The notes below the pieces were generated by a model. It had not been told where the DNA came from. It saw only the letters and a program-made list of their open reading frames with translations, and did no database searches. The position numbers were made by a program, and so were the translations under genes. Shown in pieces: positions 12,496 through 27,274 of a stretch of DNA of 64,000 bases (the stretch's first letter is position 1; each line of letters begins with the position of its first letter). Where the stretch lies: the NCBI GenBank assembly GCA_951406725.2, contig OX597828.1, positions 63,550,001 through 63,614,000 on the forward strand. The letters are read 5' to 3'. Origin of the DNA: Octopus vulgaris (lineage: Eukaryota).

Positions 12496-12931
12496 ATAAA
12501 CATGGTACCTATTACCAGGTATACTCATCCACCAAATTTATATCCTACTATTATACAAAACTTCATTATATTCTTATCATTCTACCCTGGGACTATGCTT
12601 CCTGCCATTATTTATTCGGTGACTTTTCCCTTTGTTACGATTCTTTCTAAAACTTCTTCCTCCTGGGTCTCTATCCTGATTTTTTTTCCTGGTTTCTTTT
12701 TCCCGTAACAATTCATTCTTGGACTTTTCATGAGACGCGAACTCTTACTTCTGATTTTGTACTTTTCACTTTCTACTGGTTTTTTTTTCCCACTGATATT
12801 TTTCCTTCAACTTTTCATTCTGTTTTTTTTTTCTTCATTCTAAGACTTTTTAATGTCGCTATTCATTTCAAGACTTTTTCCCTATGAATTATTCTTGTGA
12901 CAGTCTATTCTGTGACTTTTTAAATTTCTGT

Positions 12932-12995
<64 letters not shown>

Positions 12996-13033
12996 ATACC
13001 TACCTACATACATACAAATATATATATGCAAGA

Positions 13034-13418
13034 GACGGAAGGTGAAAGATACGAGAATGTTTATTAATTACTACAATTGCTTCGATCCATCCAGCATCGA
13101 TCCCTCAAGGGTGGGATACTTAACAACTAGTTTAGGAGTATCTGTAGGTGTAGATGTGTCTCTTCAGGTGATTATAATATGTATTTCGTTAAAATAACAA
13201 CTGTTCTGCCAGATTCCTTCTCGATTTGTGTACAGACAAGTAACAAATTGAGGGATTCAGTTTCATTTTTGTAGAAGATTAATAATAAATAACAGATACA
13301 AAAAGGAGAGGATACACAATACACTTGTTAAGTATCGCACCCGTGAAGGATCGATGGTGGATGGGCCGAAACAATCGTAGTGATCAATAAGCATTCTCGT
13401 ATCTTCCATCTTCCGTTT
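13034..13418. mobile_element. Penelope-type inverted pLTR fragment with degenerate HHR (13066-13173, minus)
   Basis: Diverged inverted arms ~13034-13116 and ~13326-13418; minus AATCAC-CTGAAGA...GAAGC-AATT-GTA-GTAATT; plus arm keeps GAAAC-AATC-GTA-GTGAT. Confidence 0.6.
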
Positions 13419-14362
13419 CATAAATCAAATACCCAACGAACACTGTGAAAGTGAACGTGCTTTACCGGTAAGCTATCAGGTGTATACCATACGATTTATT
13501 ATCTTACATATATATATATATTACCAAGGATTCTGACTTAGCTATCGACAATAATATTTTAACTTACCATTCATTTAATTAATTAATTAATACACTATTT
13601 TGTCAACTCAAGAGGGATAATATGCAAAAACAACCCTCACACCCAATGAATAGGCTTAGGACTGGGAACGTAGACGAGACACCAGGAAATGTCATAACGT
13701 TAAGCATAAAAAGCATTTTAATACAATAAAACAGTAGAGACCTCCCCTCCTTTTCGCCATCTGCTATTTTCTTTTCCAAAGATGAGAGCTGATGTGGGTG
13801 GAACGAAATAAAAGAAAAAAAAACCCTAAACAAAAAAAACCCAAACGAAACAAAACACAGCTCTACTCTTCTTCGTCCTTTCAAAATCTAATACATCAAG
13901 CTATGTAACCTTGCACCTTAAATTCTGGTTCTTTGACTGATTTCGTTGGGTCCTTGCGTTCCAAATTAATAGCCACGCGTTCTTCCATTCGTCGGTTGAA
14001 ATCTCGTTAATCATTCGCTAATTACTTAATTAATTCAGGCATGCGGGTTAGGTTAACCAAAAAAGGTCATTTAGTGCCCAAAAGGGATTCATGAGATTTT
14101 ATTTGTTGTTTATTGTTGTTTTTTTAGGTTGTGGGGTGGATTTCATTTTTGTTTCTCAGTCCTTGCTGTTGTTGTTGTTGTTGTCAACCTTTTATTTCAG
14201 CGAACCACTTATTCGCGTGGGTACAGCAAAAATCCCAATTATGTATGTACGTATATATATAAATGTTTGTAAATTTGAATGTATGCGTGTATATATGTAT
14301 GTAATATGGATGCATACATATACATGTATATGCATATATGTATGTATGTATGTATGTATGTA

Positions 14363-14423
<61 letters not shown>

Positions 14424-14656
14424 GTATTTATTTATGTATGTAGGTATATATCCATTTCCAAGTAAGTACACACACACACACACACACACACATATGTGTG
14501 ACTGTGCGTATTTATGCATGCATATATGAATACAGATGTGTGTATGCAAACACATACACGTAAATACATACACACAAACACACATTATGTATATTTCAAA
14601 GGGACCATTGCAGTAAAAACAGAATCTAGGGAATAAAATACATTACATTTACACCC

Positions 14657-14741
<85 letters not shown>

Positions 14742-14834
14742 CCTGGGTTTAAATCCTGTCACAAGAAGTAAGAGAATACTAATGTCAGCTATTTCTAGAT
14801 TCTTTGTGCACACACACACACACACGCGCACATG

Positions 14835-15670
14835 TATGTATGCGTCCGAAAACTACGCAGATTCTGGTTCCCATCGCTGATGAATATTACAAAATAACAA
14901 CTAGATTATGGCTGGGAAGTAACAATTTACCGAAAGTAGCGGCCCTCACTTTCCATCATGGCCTCAACATGGCTCTGGGACCTGGCACATGCGTTCCTCA
15001 TTGTATCCCGTGGCAAGATATTCAAGCACCTTCTTGATCTTGGCTATCAGCTTGACCTTGGGGTTGCAGGTGTCTTTCTCAACCGCACCTCACACATTGT
15101 AATCCACAAGATTACAATCGGGAGAATTAGGAGGCCAGAAATTGGGGCTGGTGCAGGTGGGGGGAATTCTCTGATTAACCAGTCCTGATTCTTTCGGGAC
15201 GTATGGCATTGAGCTGAATGAATCCAGTAGCTGCGCATATGACTTTCCAGCAGCAAACCTCTCCAGCCAGGATTTGACCATTGCCTGTAACAGCTTACAT
15301 AGCCGCTTGAATTGAGCCTAAGGCTCTAATCAGTGACGTGGGGCGGCATGACGTCATCATCAACGAAGATACCATCATAGTTTGGGAAAACCTGGTTTTT
15401 CACGATGTCCATGTCACGTCTTACATCCCTTGTGTTCACAGAGTTGTGAGCAGCAATCACGATGTCGGCATTTTCAACCACGAATCATCCTGATACGGCT
15501 AACTCCTTCCCAATATTCCGATGGCTTCCATTCCATCATCTCAGCTAACTTTTTCTCAACTACAACTTTAATCTTTATACTCTCCAACGCTGTGGACTCT
15601 TCACCAATATATCAAGCTATTTCGAAAGCAAGGATATAAAATATCGCCAAATTTTGCCCGAATACTATGC
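14835..15670 (-). mobile_element. Decayed Tc1/mariner-superfamily transposon (maT/DD37D-like)
   Basis: Minus ORF pieces SAQCHTSRKNQDWL and NFWPPNSPDCNLVDY resemble QQDSAPCH and WPPxSPDLNPLDY motifs; frameshifted; boundaries approximate. Confidence 0.7.
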
Positions 15671-17761
15671 ATGTATGCACGCACGCATTTCCTTGAACCA
15701 TTCTTTTCTCTCTCTGTTTCCCTTTCTCTTTCGTTTTCTCTTCCTCTTTCTCCCCCTCTTTCCTGCTTACTATATCTTTTTCCCTCTTTACTCGTACTCC
15801 TTTTCTCGACTCTTACTCTTTCTTTCCGCCGTCGCTTACCTCCCTTGCCTGCCATGTGACCAGTGTCCGGTGAAGGCGGTGTTGTTATTTTTCCGCTCTG
15901 GCCTGACTGGTCATTGTTGGCCTCGGCTCCCTACTCTATGGCTTACGCCATTTCCTCTTTGCACAACCCCACTAAGGTCGTTCGATAGCTGCAACGCTCT
16001 TTCTGTTATATTTGTGGTATATGTATAATTATCATTTTGTTCCGTTGTATATTGCCAGAAGGCTTCGTGCTGTTATATATGCATAATTCTTTGTTGTATT
16101 TATATAATGTCTTGTTTGTTTCTTTCTTAGTACACATTTGCTAGCTTTTTCCCAGTAGCTTAATAAAAAGCTCTGGCACCTGCAAAATTGAGCTGTATCA
16201 ATGGTAACTGGCGTAAAACTGCTATGATATTTCGCGTTATTGACTGAAGAGAAAGACTCAGCTGCCAACATTCCGTGTATCGTGTCTTTGTTTAATTTCC
16301 CGTCCGTTAAGTTTTCGTCTAGTTTCCCGTTTGCTCTGCTTTCGTCTAACTTCTCCTTGTTGTATTCTTTCTGTTCAACCCTTGATACATACAAGTAGCG
16401 CAACGCACACCCTGTTTATGTATGTATATGTATATATGCACGTATGTATGTATATAACTGTATGCATACATATATCTATGCATGTATGTGTGTGTTTGTA
16501 TGTATATATACATACGTGAGACTCATGTGTGCTGTAGATCTTATTCATGTCACAGTTCCTCCAGTGACATATTTTTCCTTGGCTTGTATCCATCAAATTT
16601 ATTTCACAAACAACCGAACACTTCTTATCGTGGCGTATCCCGTTTACCGTATTTATGTAAGAATTTCTGGAATAAGATTGTTTGGGATTTGGGGAGGGTT
16701 TGTTACTTTAGGTGGGAGCCTACTTTGTGGTGAAGGATGGAACTTTGGTTCGGGTGACACTTTGGGTGGGATCAAGTGAAGTCTTCAGAGAAGAAAAAGG
16801 CAAAAAAATAATTGTACCGTAATGTTTTATAACCATTTTGTTTCTGTATTTCATCCCTTTTTAACCGTTCAACATCTCGATTCCATCCGCACCCCATCTT
16901 ATTTTGTTTTTTGAGATAAGAAGAAAAATGTAGTCATGTCCACAACAAAATTTATTGCATAACATTATATCAATCCGACATTAGCGTCCATAAAAGTCAA
17001 CATTAACGGAAATAAATGTAGCAAACACTGAGCGACGAAAGATAAAGAATTTTCTTAAGTGAAAAACAATTTCTTTACAAGAATCGTCAGAGTCTCAAAT
17101 TCCTGTCGTGTTAGGATGAGACCGATTGCTAGACTTTGTTGGAAGAATTGGCATGTGAAATGATAACACACGCACACACACACATCTATATATGTCTAGA
17201 TAAGCAACAATAATGAAGTCGGTGAAGCATATCGTCTGAAATAAAAGATGGAATCGTCTTGGCTAATGTCTCTTTAGCTACATGACAATAGCTCAGCTCA
17301 GTCAGGGTTCACCTGACGAAACAAAACACTATAGTATTTTAAATGATGAAAAAATCACTGCAATTCGTTTCAAGACCCAGGTGCATTTTCAACTACAAAA
17401 CCAATTCTCTCCATCTTACACTCACACACGCACACAAAAACACACATACATCTCTGTTTATCTCACACACACAAGCTACAGAGCTAGTTCTCAAATCTTT
17501 GTAAGAGATGATCGCAGTAGTTGTACTAGCAAGTAATGTTCATAGCAATTTCAACATGGCTGTTCTGTTCGAGCGGAATTTACTGCGATTTTTTAACCCC
17601 TAGAGGGTATCTCCTCTAGCTGCTTAACGATGCACATCTGCACCCAAGGTACTGCAAGCAGGGGAACGAACCACTACCACCTTCAAGCTACGGGGCCAGC
17701 AGACCAGCCTGGTTTCGGGCTATTACTGGCAACCTCGTCTGCTAGAGATGGCAACAGCTCG

Positions 17762-17833
<72 letters not shown>

Positions 17834-18968
17834 TGTGTGTGTGTAGAGTGTTAGGTGTGATGTACAGAAAATTCTCAATATATATATATATATATATATA
17901 TGTTACAATTTTCAGAGACAGAAGAGGAGAATCAGTGAGAATGGGATAGATAGATAGATGATAGACAGAGGGAGAGAGAGAAGGGGAGAGGGAGAGATAG
18001 AGAGTGAGAGAGAATGTGTCCAGAAAACAAAAGATTTGGCCGCCACCTGAATATACCCAGTGTGAAAGGTCACTGAGTACCCGTTTCTCAACAAAGTCCC
18101 ACCATTCCCCTCTCCACTCACCTTTAACCCCCTTCTCTTAACCCCACGACATTCAGTTTGATCGATGATTTCTCAGAAAACACTTTTGTTTCTGGTGTTG
18201 GAAGTTGGGGGATTCCATTGGTATGTTGACATAGAGGAAAGTGGGAGGTGCGGGTAATGGGAGAGAGAAGGAGAGTGAGGGTGAGAGAGACGGGGGGAGT
18301 TATTGAGGCTGAGAGTGAGAATAGGTGATAGTGGGAGGATGAGAGAGAAAAAAGGGACACACGGACACACACCCATCTGTGTGCTCCTTAATCTTTTTCG
18401 CTTTCTCCGAGTGTCTTGTACGTTGATGTGCAAGTTTGAGTACACATACACACACACACACACACACATATATATATGCATACATACACAGAGATACATA
18501 CACGCACACAGCCATACATCCGCAGCCACACCCCCACCCCGCGTCACTCCACACCCACACCAACGCACACACATACACATACGAGCATACATATACAAAA
18601 TACACACATGTTACAAGGGATCTCCGTCGGTTTTAGCGATGATGAAAATTCAATTGTTTCATCAATTGAATTACCTGTCTATTGAACTAGTTTGTGAGTG
18701 GCATAACATACAACAGATATGTGTGTACACATGCATACACATACACAAATATATATACTTAGGTGTACGCATATACATACATATATACATATATATATAT
18801 AAATATATGTGTGTATGTAATGTAAGTGTATATATACATAAAGACACACATACACACGCACACATATATATATATACATGTATGTACGTGTGTATGTGTG
18901 TATGTATGTATGTATGTATGTATGTATGTATGTATGTATGTATGTATGTATGTATGTATGTATGTATG

Positions 18969-19304
18969 TGAAAATGTTAAACTTTTCTTCTAAGCAGAGT
19001 TAACACTTGCCGTTAAAATGGGCAGGAGTAGATTCTACCAAATTTTCTCACAATGTATTGCTCATCTTGGCTATAGTGGAAGAAACCTGCCCAAGAAAGA
19101 ACACTTTTAAATCCAGATACCCACAGCGTATATACACTATCAGACATGAGATAAAAAATCTGCAACAACCTTTTCGAAATATATTTGGAGTTTAAAAACA
19201 CAACGAAATCAATTACAGCATTAGGTGGTCCATTATAGAATCTACTCCTGCCCATTTTAACGGTAAGTGTTAACTCTGCTTAGAAGAAAAGTTTAACATT
19301 TTCA
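18969..19304. repeat. Inverted repeat, ~69-bp near-perfect arms with ~200-bp spacer
   Basis: TGAAAATGTTAAACTTTTCTTCTAAGCAGAG... versus ...CTCTGCTTAGAAGAAAAGTTTAACATTTTCA. Confidence 0.85.
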
Positions 19305-20622
19305 CTCAGCCCTCATACTTGAATTTCAAATCAGAGTTGTTTTCCTCATGTTCCCACCAAAGGAAGTCCCTTCTATAATTCTTCATGTTGCCAACAAGAT
19401 AATACTCGGCATGCTCCTAATTATTGCCGGAAACGTTCTCACATCAGCCCGTTGCCTCACTAATAAACTGTTCTCTGCACCAACGCTATATATCAATCTT
19501 TACAGGTTCCAACCTTGACATGTTTGACATACTCTAAGCTACCCAACAGCTTTCACAGTTTCGAAATCACTTCCTATTCTTTACCATGCAGTTTGCACAA
19601 CACAGTTTTGGACGCCATGGCACTCAAAGTTCATTACAATTTGGAAAATTGCACACCGTTTTCGCTTGGACTTTATGTCACGACCTATACAAGCACCTTT
19701 ACTAGGCAAGAACCACCAACCCGTCTGACGAAAAGAGATACTTTACCGTTATGTTTTCACTTATTAATTTTCAAATCTCTTGCGCAGTTCAACCCTCTTC
19801 CTTCACATATCAATTTCCTGCATCTTCTTCTTATTTCCTTTCTTTTTATATATGCGTGTGGGTGTATATATTTCAATGTCTTATACTTATTTCTTTTATT
19901 TCTTTTACTTCACCTTATTTTATTTATCTATTCATTATTTTATTTATTCATATATATATTTATATAATTTGCGCGCCAACCGGTTCTTTTCTACGTCATA
20001 ATTTCATCATCATCATCATCATCCCTATCATTATTATCATCATCATCATTATATACCTTTACGCGCGTCGTTTATATACATGCTGACAGGTATTTAATCA
20101 TGTATAGATTCTTTTTATTTATGCGCACTTGCGAATGTATATGAGTTCATATTAATGTCTTACAGGCGTAATGTGTATGCATGATTATGTGTATATGTCC
20201 GTATGCATGTTGGTGTGTGTACATATCTCTATGCACGCATGTATGCGCATAAATACTTTATACAAATAGGGATATGTATTATGTATTAGAGTTTATATTC
20301 GCATGTGTGTGTGTGTGTGTATACACGTAGATGCTATGCGAGTGTGTACGTGAAAGCATTTCAACTTTGGTTACACCTTCCGCCTTCAACAACAATGAAG
20401 ACAAGGTTAACCATTTCATCTCGGAAGGTACGTGTGTATGATAGCGTATACCTATATCTATATGTATATTCATATCTATACACACACACACACACATACA
20501 TGAATGTGTGTGTGCACGTGCGTGCGTATATATATACACACGTGTTTTTATTTATGCGTGTAAATATGCAAATATATCTATATATGTACATTCATTTATA
20601 TATGCATATGCATGTGTGGGTG

Positions 20623-20695
<73 letters not shown>

Positions 20696-20699
<4 letters not shown>

Positions 20700-21466
20700 G
20701 GGAGTAAATCCAAACTTACAGAGAAAAATTAGATTTAGGATTAAATCTGATTCTACAGTATAAATATATATATATATTTTAAATTAGTGATAAAACCACT
20801 ATTAGGCAAATCAAACAGTGAAAAACATAAACCAAAACATAGAAATAAAATTAATTAATATAATTCACAAAATATATAAAATATAAAATTCAAAATTTAA
20901 ATTATTTAAATTTAAAGTTAAAAATTTTTTAATAATTCGAATTATTAATTGAATTTAAATTATTGTTATTCGAATTAGGTTATGGGCATGAAACGATCGT
21001 AGTGGTTTTACTTTTTATCTTATATTAAACTTTTTAATACTTTTTGATAGTTATATATATTTAATATAATATATATTTTTTAAATAAATAAAAATAAATA
21101 AATAAAAAATAAAAAATAAAAAATTTAAATAAATATATAATTAAATAAATAAACAATAAAAAAATAAAAAATTTAAATAAATATATAATTAAATAAATAA
21201 AAAATAAAAATAAAAATAAAAAATAATAAAAAATATTTATATATATATATATATATATATATAAATATAAATTTATATATATATAAATTTATAAGTATAA
21301 AATAATAATTTTATAAATTTAAAAAATTTTTAACTTTAAATTTAAATAATTTAAATTTTGAATTTTATATTTTATATATTTTGTGAATTATATTAATTAA
21401 TTTTATTTCTATGTTTTGGTTTATGTTTTTCACTGTTTGATTTGCCTAATAGTGGTTTCATCTCTA

Positions 21467-21470
<4 letters not shown>
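20696..21470. mobile_element. AT-rich fold-back element in (TA)n with the 3' half of an HHR; relative at 55701-56066
   Basis: ~150-bp inverted arms ~20780-20930 and ~21320-21470; GAAACGATCGTA at 20990-21001; ATCCAAACTTAC..GAAAAATTAGATTTAGGATTAA shared with 55710-55750. Confidence 0.65.
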
Positions 21471-21550
<80 letters not shown>

Positions 21551-22019
21551 TGTTACGAAGGAAAAAGATTATATTCAGATAATTTCTCATTCGTACGACG
21601 CGAATCGAAACACCACTCTCTGGTTTTGCAAGCGGAGACGAAAAAAAATTAATTCTTTGTGAACACGTGACTGTTTAACGCGTTGGCAGTATGATTTTGT
21701 AGCTCTTTTACGGCGTGGGGCGAAGTATAAAGAGTTCTATTGCCCACTAGTTAGTTCGTGCTGGAAGACCATGTGCGTCGGGCAACATGATGAAAGTCGA
21801 CGTGAGCGGTTTTTCCTGTAGGAACCGGTGCCATGCGGTCGATCTGTGAGACGGTGCCGGATAAAATTCGTGTGGAACAGTTGACACAGTATTTAGTGCC
21901 GAGTGTGAAGTTGGTTTCGGCGGTTAATGTGAACGGTGGAAGGTTTTGAACTGGTTACTACAATAGTGAACTTGGCAACGTAAAGAAAGCGGAATGGTAC
22001 TGTGAATTCAGAAGTAACA
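21551..22019 (+). mobile_element. Possible solo LTR
   Basis: TGTTAC...GTAACA ends, internal TATAAA, higher GC than flanks; no target-site duplication seen. Confidence 0.3.
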
Positions 22020-22529
22020 AGAGTTCAGTCGGAAAAAATAGAGACAGAAAATGGATAGAAATTAAATCATTAGACTGGTGAATAAAAGAGGAGCTCACCA
22101 AAAGAAGTCTACACATTTCAGAGGTAAATGAAAGAACTCTCTAAAAACTCCCTAAAGAACTGTTTATTTATTCCATAAAAGTTATTGGCCTCTTAATTGG
22201 TTACACTCAACGGTTTTGTTTGTTACTTTCGACTCTCCTGACTTCTTTGACTACTGTTTCTTCTGCTCTAAACGATAAACAGTAGTTTATTTTTGTCATT
22301 ACCTATCGTTTATGAGCATTAACACCAATGCTCAGGATTAAATATTGGTAATACACCAATGGATTCATTGGATACAAGTATCTCTTAGACGGTTGTTATA
22401 ACCTCTTATATATGTATCTGTCTGTCTGTCTATCAATTTATATAAATAAGGATAAGATCGTTATTTAAAATACCGATCTTATCAGGTGGCTAGCATTGGA
22501 ATAAAAACCTCAAAGGTAATAATTATTAC

Positions 22530-22716
22530 TAAAATTATAATTAAGGATATCTAAGAGATACCAACACGCTAGATATAGCAGCCAAAGCTTGACTCTAAAA
22601 CCACATTAAACGTTCATACAGGAGCTGTATGAACTTTTGTGGTTTTAGAGTCAAGTTTTGGCTGCTATATTTAGCGTGGTGGTATCTCTTATTAAATATC
22701 CTTAATTATAATTTTA
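22530..22716. repeat. Imperfect palindrome, ~90-bp arms
   Basis: Centre GTTCATACAG-GAG-CTGTATGAAC; arms extend to TAAAATTATAATTAAGGATAT/ATATCCTTAATTATAATTTTA. Confidence 0.85.
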
Positions 22717-22848
22717 TATATATAATGCTATTTATATAAGCCTAAAGCTTATAGCGATCACCGTGTAACGACTAAGATTGTAAAATCCGGCGCCATATAA
22801 CAAAACCATTCGCACCGACAATACACACACACACATATATATATGTGC

Positions 22849-22948
<100 letters not shown>

Positions 22949-23269
22949 GTTAAAGAGAACAACAAACATCTCAAGTCATATACATTATCATTACTGGAAA
23001 AAATTCAAAGTCTTACAGCTGTTTCTGGGATATATATATAATATTGTTGGTTTAGTTCACTTGTGATCTACACGAATAGGTACGCTGGGTAAGTGCTATA
23101 GCTGGTCGACTATTAGGCTCCAAGATCACGGCTAAGGCTGGATCTAGGGATTCGTATTAGGGGTCCCTTATAGTAGGGATATATTATATTAAAGGAAAAA
23201 TCAAAACCAAGGCAGGACGAGTATCTCAAGTCATTTAGAATAATTTAATTAAGGTGAGGTTAATTAGAA

Positions 23270-23345
23270 AACTTACAACCGTTTCTAGGATAACCCAAGT
23301 GGTAGGTTAGCATGTCCACGCACTGGGTATTCCGTCATCAGAGAC
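23270..23345 (-). ncRNA. Type I hammerhead motif with long helix II and weakened helix I, in a Penelope-type pLTR relic
   Basis: GTCT-CTGATGA-C-GGAATACCCAGTG...CACTTGGGTTATCC-TA-GAAAC-GGTT-GTA-AG; sister fragment at 23010-23030 has GAAACAGCTGTAAGAC, which restores helix I. Confidence 0.6.
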
Positions 23346-23654
23346 AAGGTATGAATATTTTAGACGGGAAAAATTCAGTTTATAAGGCATAAAATAGACT
23401 AAAGGAGTAAAGCAGAAAAATAAAAAGTAAAAGTAGTTAGAAGAATACAGGCAGGAGAATGATGTTCACAACTCATCTTTTTCCAGAGGATACGGATGTT
23501 GGTCGGTACTTCCATGAAAGTACAGGTCCTTAGTTAAAATCCCAGGTAAATCCAGGTAACATTTTGGCAGTGTTCTGAATGATGTATTCATATTGTAAAT
23601 GTTCATATAGAGCGAGAAAGTATGATGGACATGAATGGGTTTTGTGAGTGGATG

Positions 23655-23714
<60 letters not shown>

Positions 23715-24125
23715 AGAGGCGAAAGCATTAGAAAATAAGATAGTGGTAAAAGGGTAAAAAATATGAATAAATTAAAAATGAATATATTAATAAAAATATA
23801 ATAATAAAAATAATAAAAGTAAAGGCAATGACAGATATATTATAAATGGGTTTTGTGAGAGGAGAAAGGGAACAAAACTAAAATACGATAGAGGTAACAG
23901 GATAAAAATAAAAATAAATAAAAGTAAAGATAATGATATAGATATGTCTGTATTGTAAGTCAAACGTTAAAGTTTCAGTAAAGTGGGGTGGAAGGCCAAT
24001 CTAGGTAAGGTTATAAGGACAGAATTAAACTTAAAATTGAAAATTGAAATTTAAAACCTAAACTTAAAACTCCAGACTAAGAAAACTAAAATATAAAAAC
24101 TATAAAAATTAAACTCTAAATGGCT

Positions 24126-24253
24126 TGGAGCCGAATCAAATCGTTTTAAATAATAATAAATGTAGCTCCTACTAAATGTGTCCGGTGGGGGCACCCGACA
24201 CATTTACTAGGAACCACATATTTTATTATTTAAAACAATTTCATTCGGCTCCA
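24126..24253. repeat. Diverged palindrome
   Basis: TGGAGCCGAAT...AAATGTGTC / GACACATTT...ATTCGGCTCCA. Confidence 0.7.
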
Positions 24254-24858
24254 TGGTAATTAAAATTTTACAGGCTTCCTACAGTTCGTCGGGCTCAGGT
24301 AGCCGGACAGGTGTGGAAACTGGGTTGCTATTGGTCAAGGCGGATCAGATGGTGTTATTAGAACTGGAATCGAAATTTCAGCGACAGCAAATACCTGAAA
24401 AATGAGAATTTCTTGGAACTCGGAGCTGGGCAGGAAGCTGGTGGCGGTGCGAGTGTCTGATTGGTCTTTGACGCAATTTGAACGATATCGGATTCATAGC
24501 TGGTGTGTGTGTGTGTGTGTGTGTGTGTGTGCATACCAACTATATTTGTGCGTTGACGTGGGTGTTTGGTGTGTCTGCTCTATGTGTGTGTGTCGGGGGC
24601 TGGAGAGACACGTTCGTGTAAGCTGGTCTGTGGGTGAGAGCTGATAGCATCAGCACGTTGGTGTGTATGTGCGTGTTTGTTACGGTGTGTGTGTATACGT
24701 ATGAATATGGGGGTGAGTTCTCACACATGGCAGCCCACGTCCCCGTAGCCATCTCAGACTCCCTGCCCCTCTCCATTCAATAACTTAATCCCGACGAGCT
24801 AGGTTTCTTTCTGCCCACCAAACTTTAAGTTGCCTGGGGTTTAAATCAAACTGTTTTA

Positions 24859-24896
<38 letters not shown>

Positions 24897-24934
24897 TAAT
24901 AATAATAATAATAATAAGAAGAAGATGATGATGC

Positions 24935-25700
24935 ACCAAGGTATTGATATGCAGCCCTCAAGCACAAGTTCTGAGAATTGATTACATCAAGTTCCAAATA
25001 GATAAGAGTAGTGAATCGCCTCTTTGTGGGATGTGTGGAATTAAAAGCGAAACATTATCAAATGTTTTTAGTGAATGTAGAATACAAATGGAGGAACAAT
25101 GACGTGAATAAGTTTTTTCACTGGAGGCTTTGTGTAAAGAACGGTCTTTGAAAAAGAAGAAAATGGTACGAACATGAACCAGAAGGCGTCAATGAGAATA
25201 ATGACTAAAAGATCTTGCGGGATTTTACCATCCGATGTGATATAGTAATTGACTCGGAGACCAGATATTGTTGTAGCGGATTAAAAGAAATAAGGAAACA
25301 TAGATCACAGATATTGCCATACCTGGGGATGTAGGCGTAGGTGAGAAAGAGCTGGAAAAGGTGGGAAAATACAAGCTACTAAAAGACGAGATTGCACGAA
25401 TATCGGCAGTGAAGATAGTAACTGTTATCCCGTTAGTTGTAGGGGCAGTGGGAGCACAAACAACCAGGTTTGAGAAATATGTCGGACAAATTGGAATTGA
25501 CGTGAGGGCAGAGCAGGCTCCCAAACATCTATACTGGGGTGAGCGAGAGTTTTTAAGATTGATACTTGTGTGTTGAGTATCTGTCACGATAGTTATCATC
25601 TAGGTACCAGAGACCCTGAGAGATATTGTGAGACCTTTCACAACAGATTGCTATCCTTTCTTACAGAATTAATGCGAGCAAGTAAGATCGAGAGGTCCGA
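24935..25700 (+). mobile_element. 5'-truncated R4/Dong-type (RLE) non-LTR retrotransposon, C-terminal relic
   Basis: Frameshifted translation ...IDKSSESPLCGMCGIKSET..., KWYEHEPEGVNEN, RPDIVV, DIAIPGD, EKVGKYKLL...VIPLVVGAVG: zinc knuckle plus PD-(D/E)xK endonuclease. Confidence 0.85.
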
Positions 25701-25834
25701 GAAGTAAAATAAAATGTTTTATATACATTTGATCATTATAAACAAATCAGTTGTGCAGATCGTTCGGTAGAAAGGTTGAACACTCATACGTCATCTTCGA
25801 CCGGGGGGAGGGCATCATGTGTGTATATATATAC

Positions 25835-25891
<57 letters not shown>

Positions 25892-26607
25892 TACATATAT
25901 ATATTTACACACACACACACACACACACACATATATGTATATATATGTATGCGTGTGTGTGCAGTATATATATATATATATATATATATACATACACAGA
26001 CTTAAATATTCCTTGGAATAAAGAATGTCCAATCCATTTTCTCTTATTCTTTGTACATACACCACGTACATACACACACACACACACACAAACAAACACA
26101 TATATATACACACACACGTACAAATATAATGGCAGTTTGATTTCGCTCCACACTTCCGCCTTGCTTAAAGTTTCTTGACCGCAGCATCTTCTCTCCAAAC
26201 ATTTGAGGATGAAGGCAAAACTTCGAAGTCACTATCACCTGAAACAAAATAAAAGTTTAACTCTGTTTTACGCATTGAATGCTTTATTCAATTAAAATCT
26301 AGAAGAACAATTAGTTCATCTAAACTCTTCCGGGCAGTGCCCCAGCATGGCCAAAGTTCAATGAAAGATGAAAGATGATACAACATGCAACTCCATACAT
26401 CCACGGGTTATGTAGAGAAGGGAGGGGGAGAGGTTTCTGTAGATGGATAGAAATATAAATAGGTAGAGAGGAGGGGGGGTTAGCAAAAGAGAGAGAAAGA
26501 GAGAGAGAGGGGGATACAGGGAGAGAGAGAGAGAGTTTTAGCTGTGAAAGGGGAATCGTTGTGTTCTCTCGACCTTTCTAGAAATTCAAAACAATTAACT
26601 GTCTGAG

Positions 26608-26890
26608 GTTGTTGTTGTTGTTATTGATGATGATGATGATATTGCTGTTGTTGTTGTTATTGTTACTACTGTGGCTGCCGTTGCTTTGGGTCGTTTTTTT
26701 TTTATGGTTGATGTTGCCTCTATTATCGTCGTTGTTGTTGCTGTTGTTGTTGACGCTGTTCTTCTTCCTGTTGCGGCTGTTGTTGATGTTGATTGTGTCA
26801 TTGTTGAAGTTGTTGCAATTGTTGTTGTTGTTGTTGATGATGATGATGATGTATCCATTAGTGCTGCTGTTGTGGTTGTCGCTGTCGTCG
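26608..26890. repeat. Degenerate (GTT/GAT)n trinucleotide tract
   Basis: Direct reading. Confidence 0.85.
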
Positions 26891-27274
26891 TAAGCATTTA
26901 ACAAATATTTTATGTTAATGGATCTACCGAGATGTCCCAGAAGTAATTTATCACTTAAAGTTATGTTAATGTCTTACATAACTCACTTGTGCCTCACTTG
27001 TGGGACATCTGGTGTTTGTATGTCCCCGAAGACTTATCCCTCACCACCCCACCACCTTCCCAGCTCTTCAAGGCCAGAAAGCAATTCCCCACCCCTTAAC
27101 TAAGCCACAAGTGATCCGCTGCTGCATGCCACATTAAAGTGCTGAGGACATCAGCCAAAATGGCGTCTGGCCCATGCTGGAGCCTAAAACATCAATTCAA
27201 TCAATTGCTGAAACATTTCCATATTAAAACACTCTCAAATGGCCTCTTCGTCATCTACTTTTACTTATTTAGCT

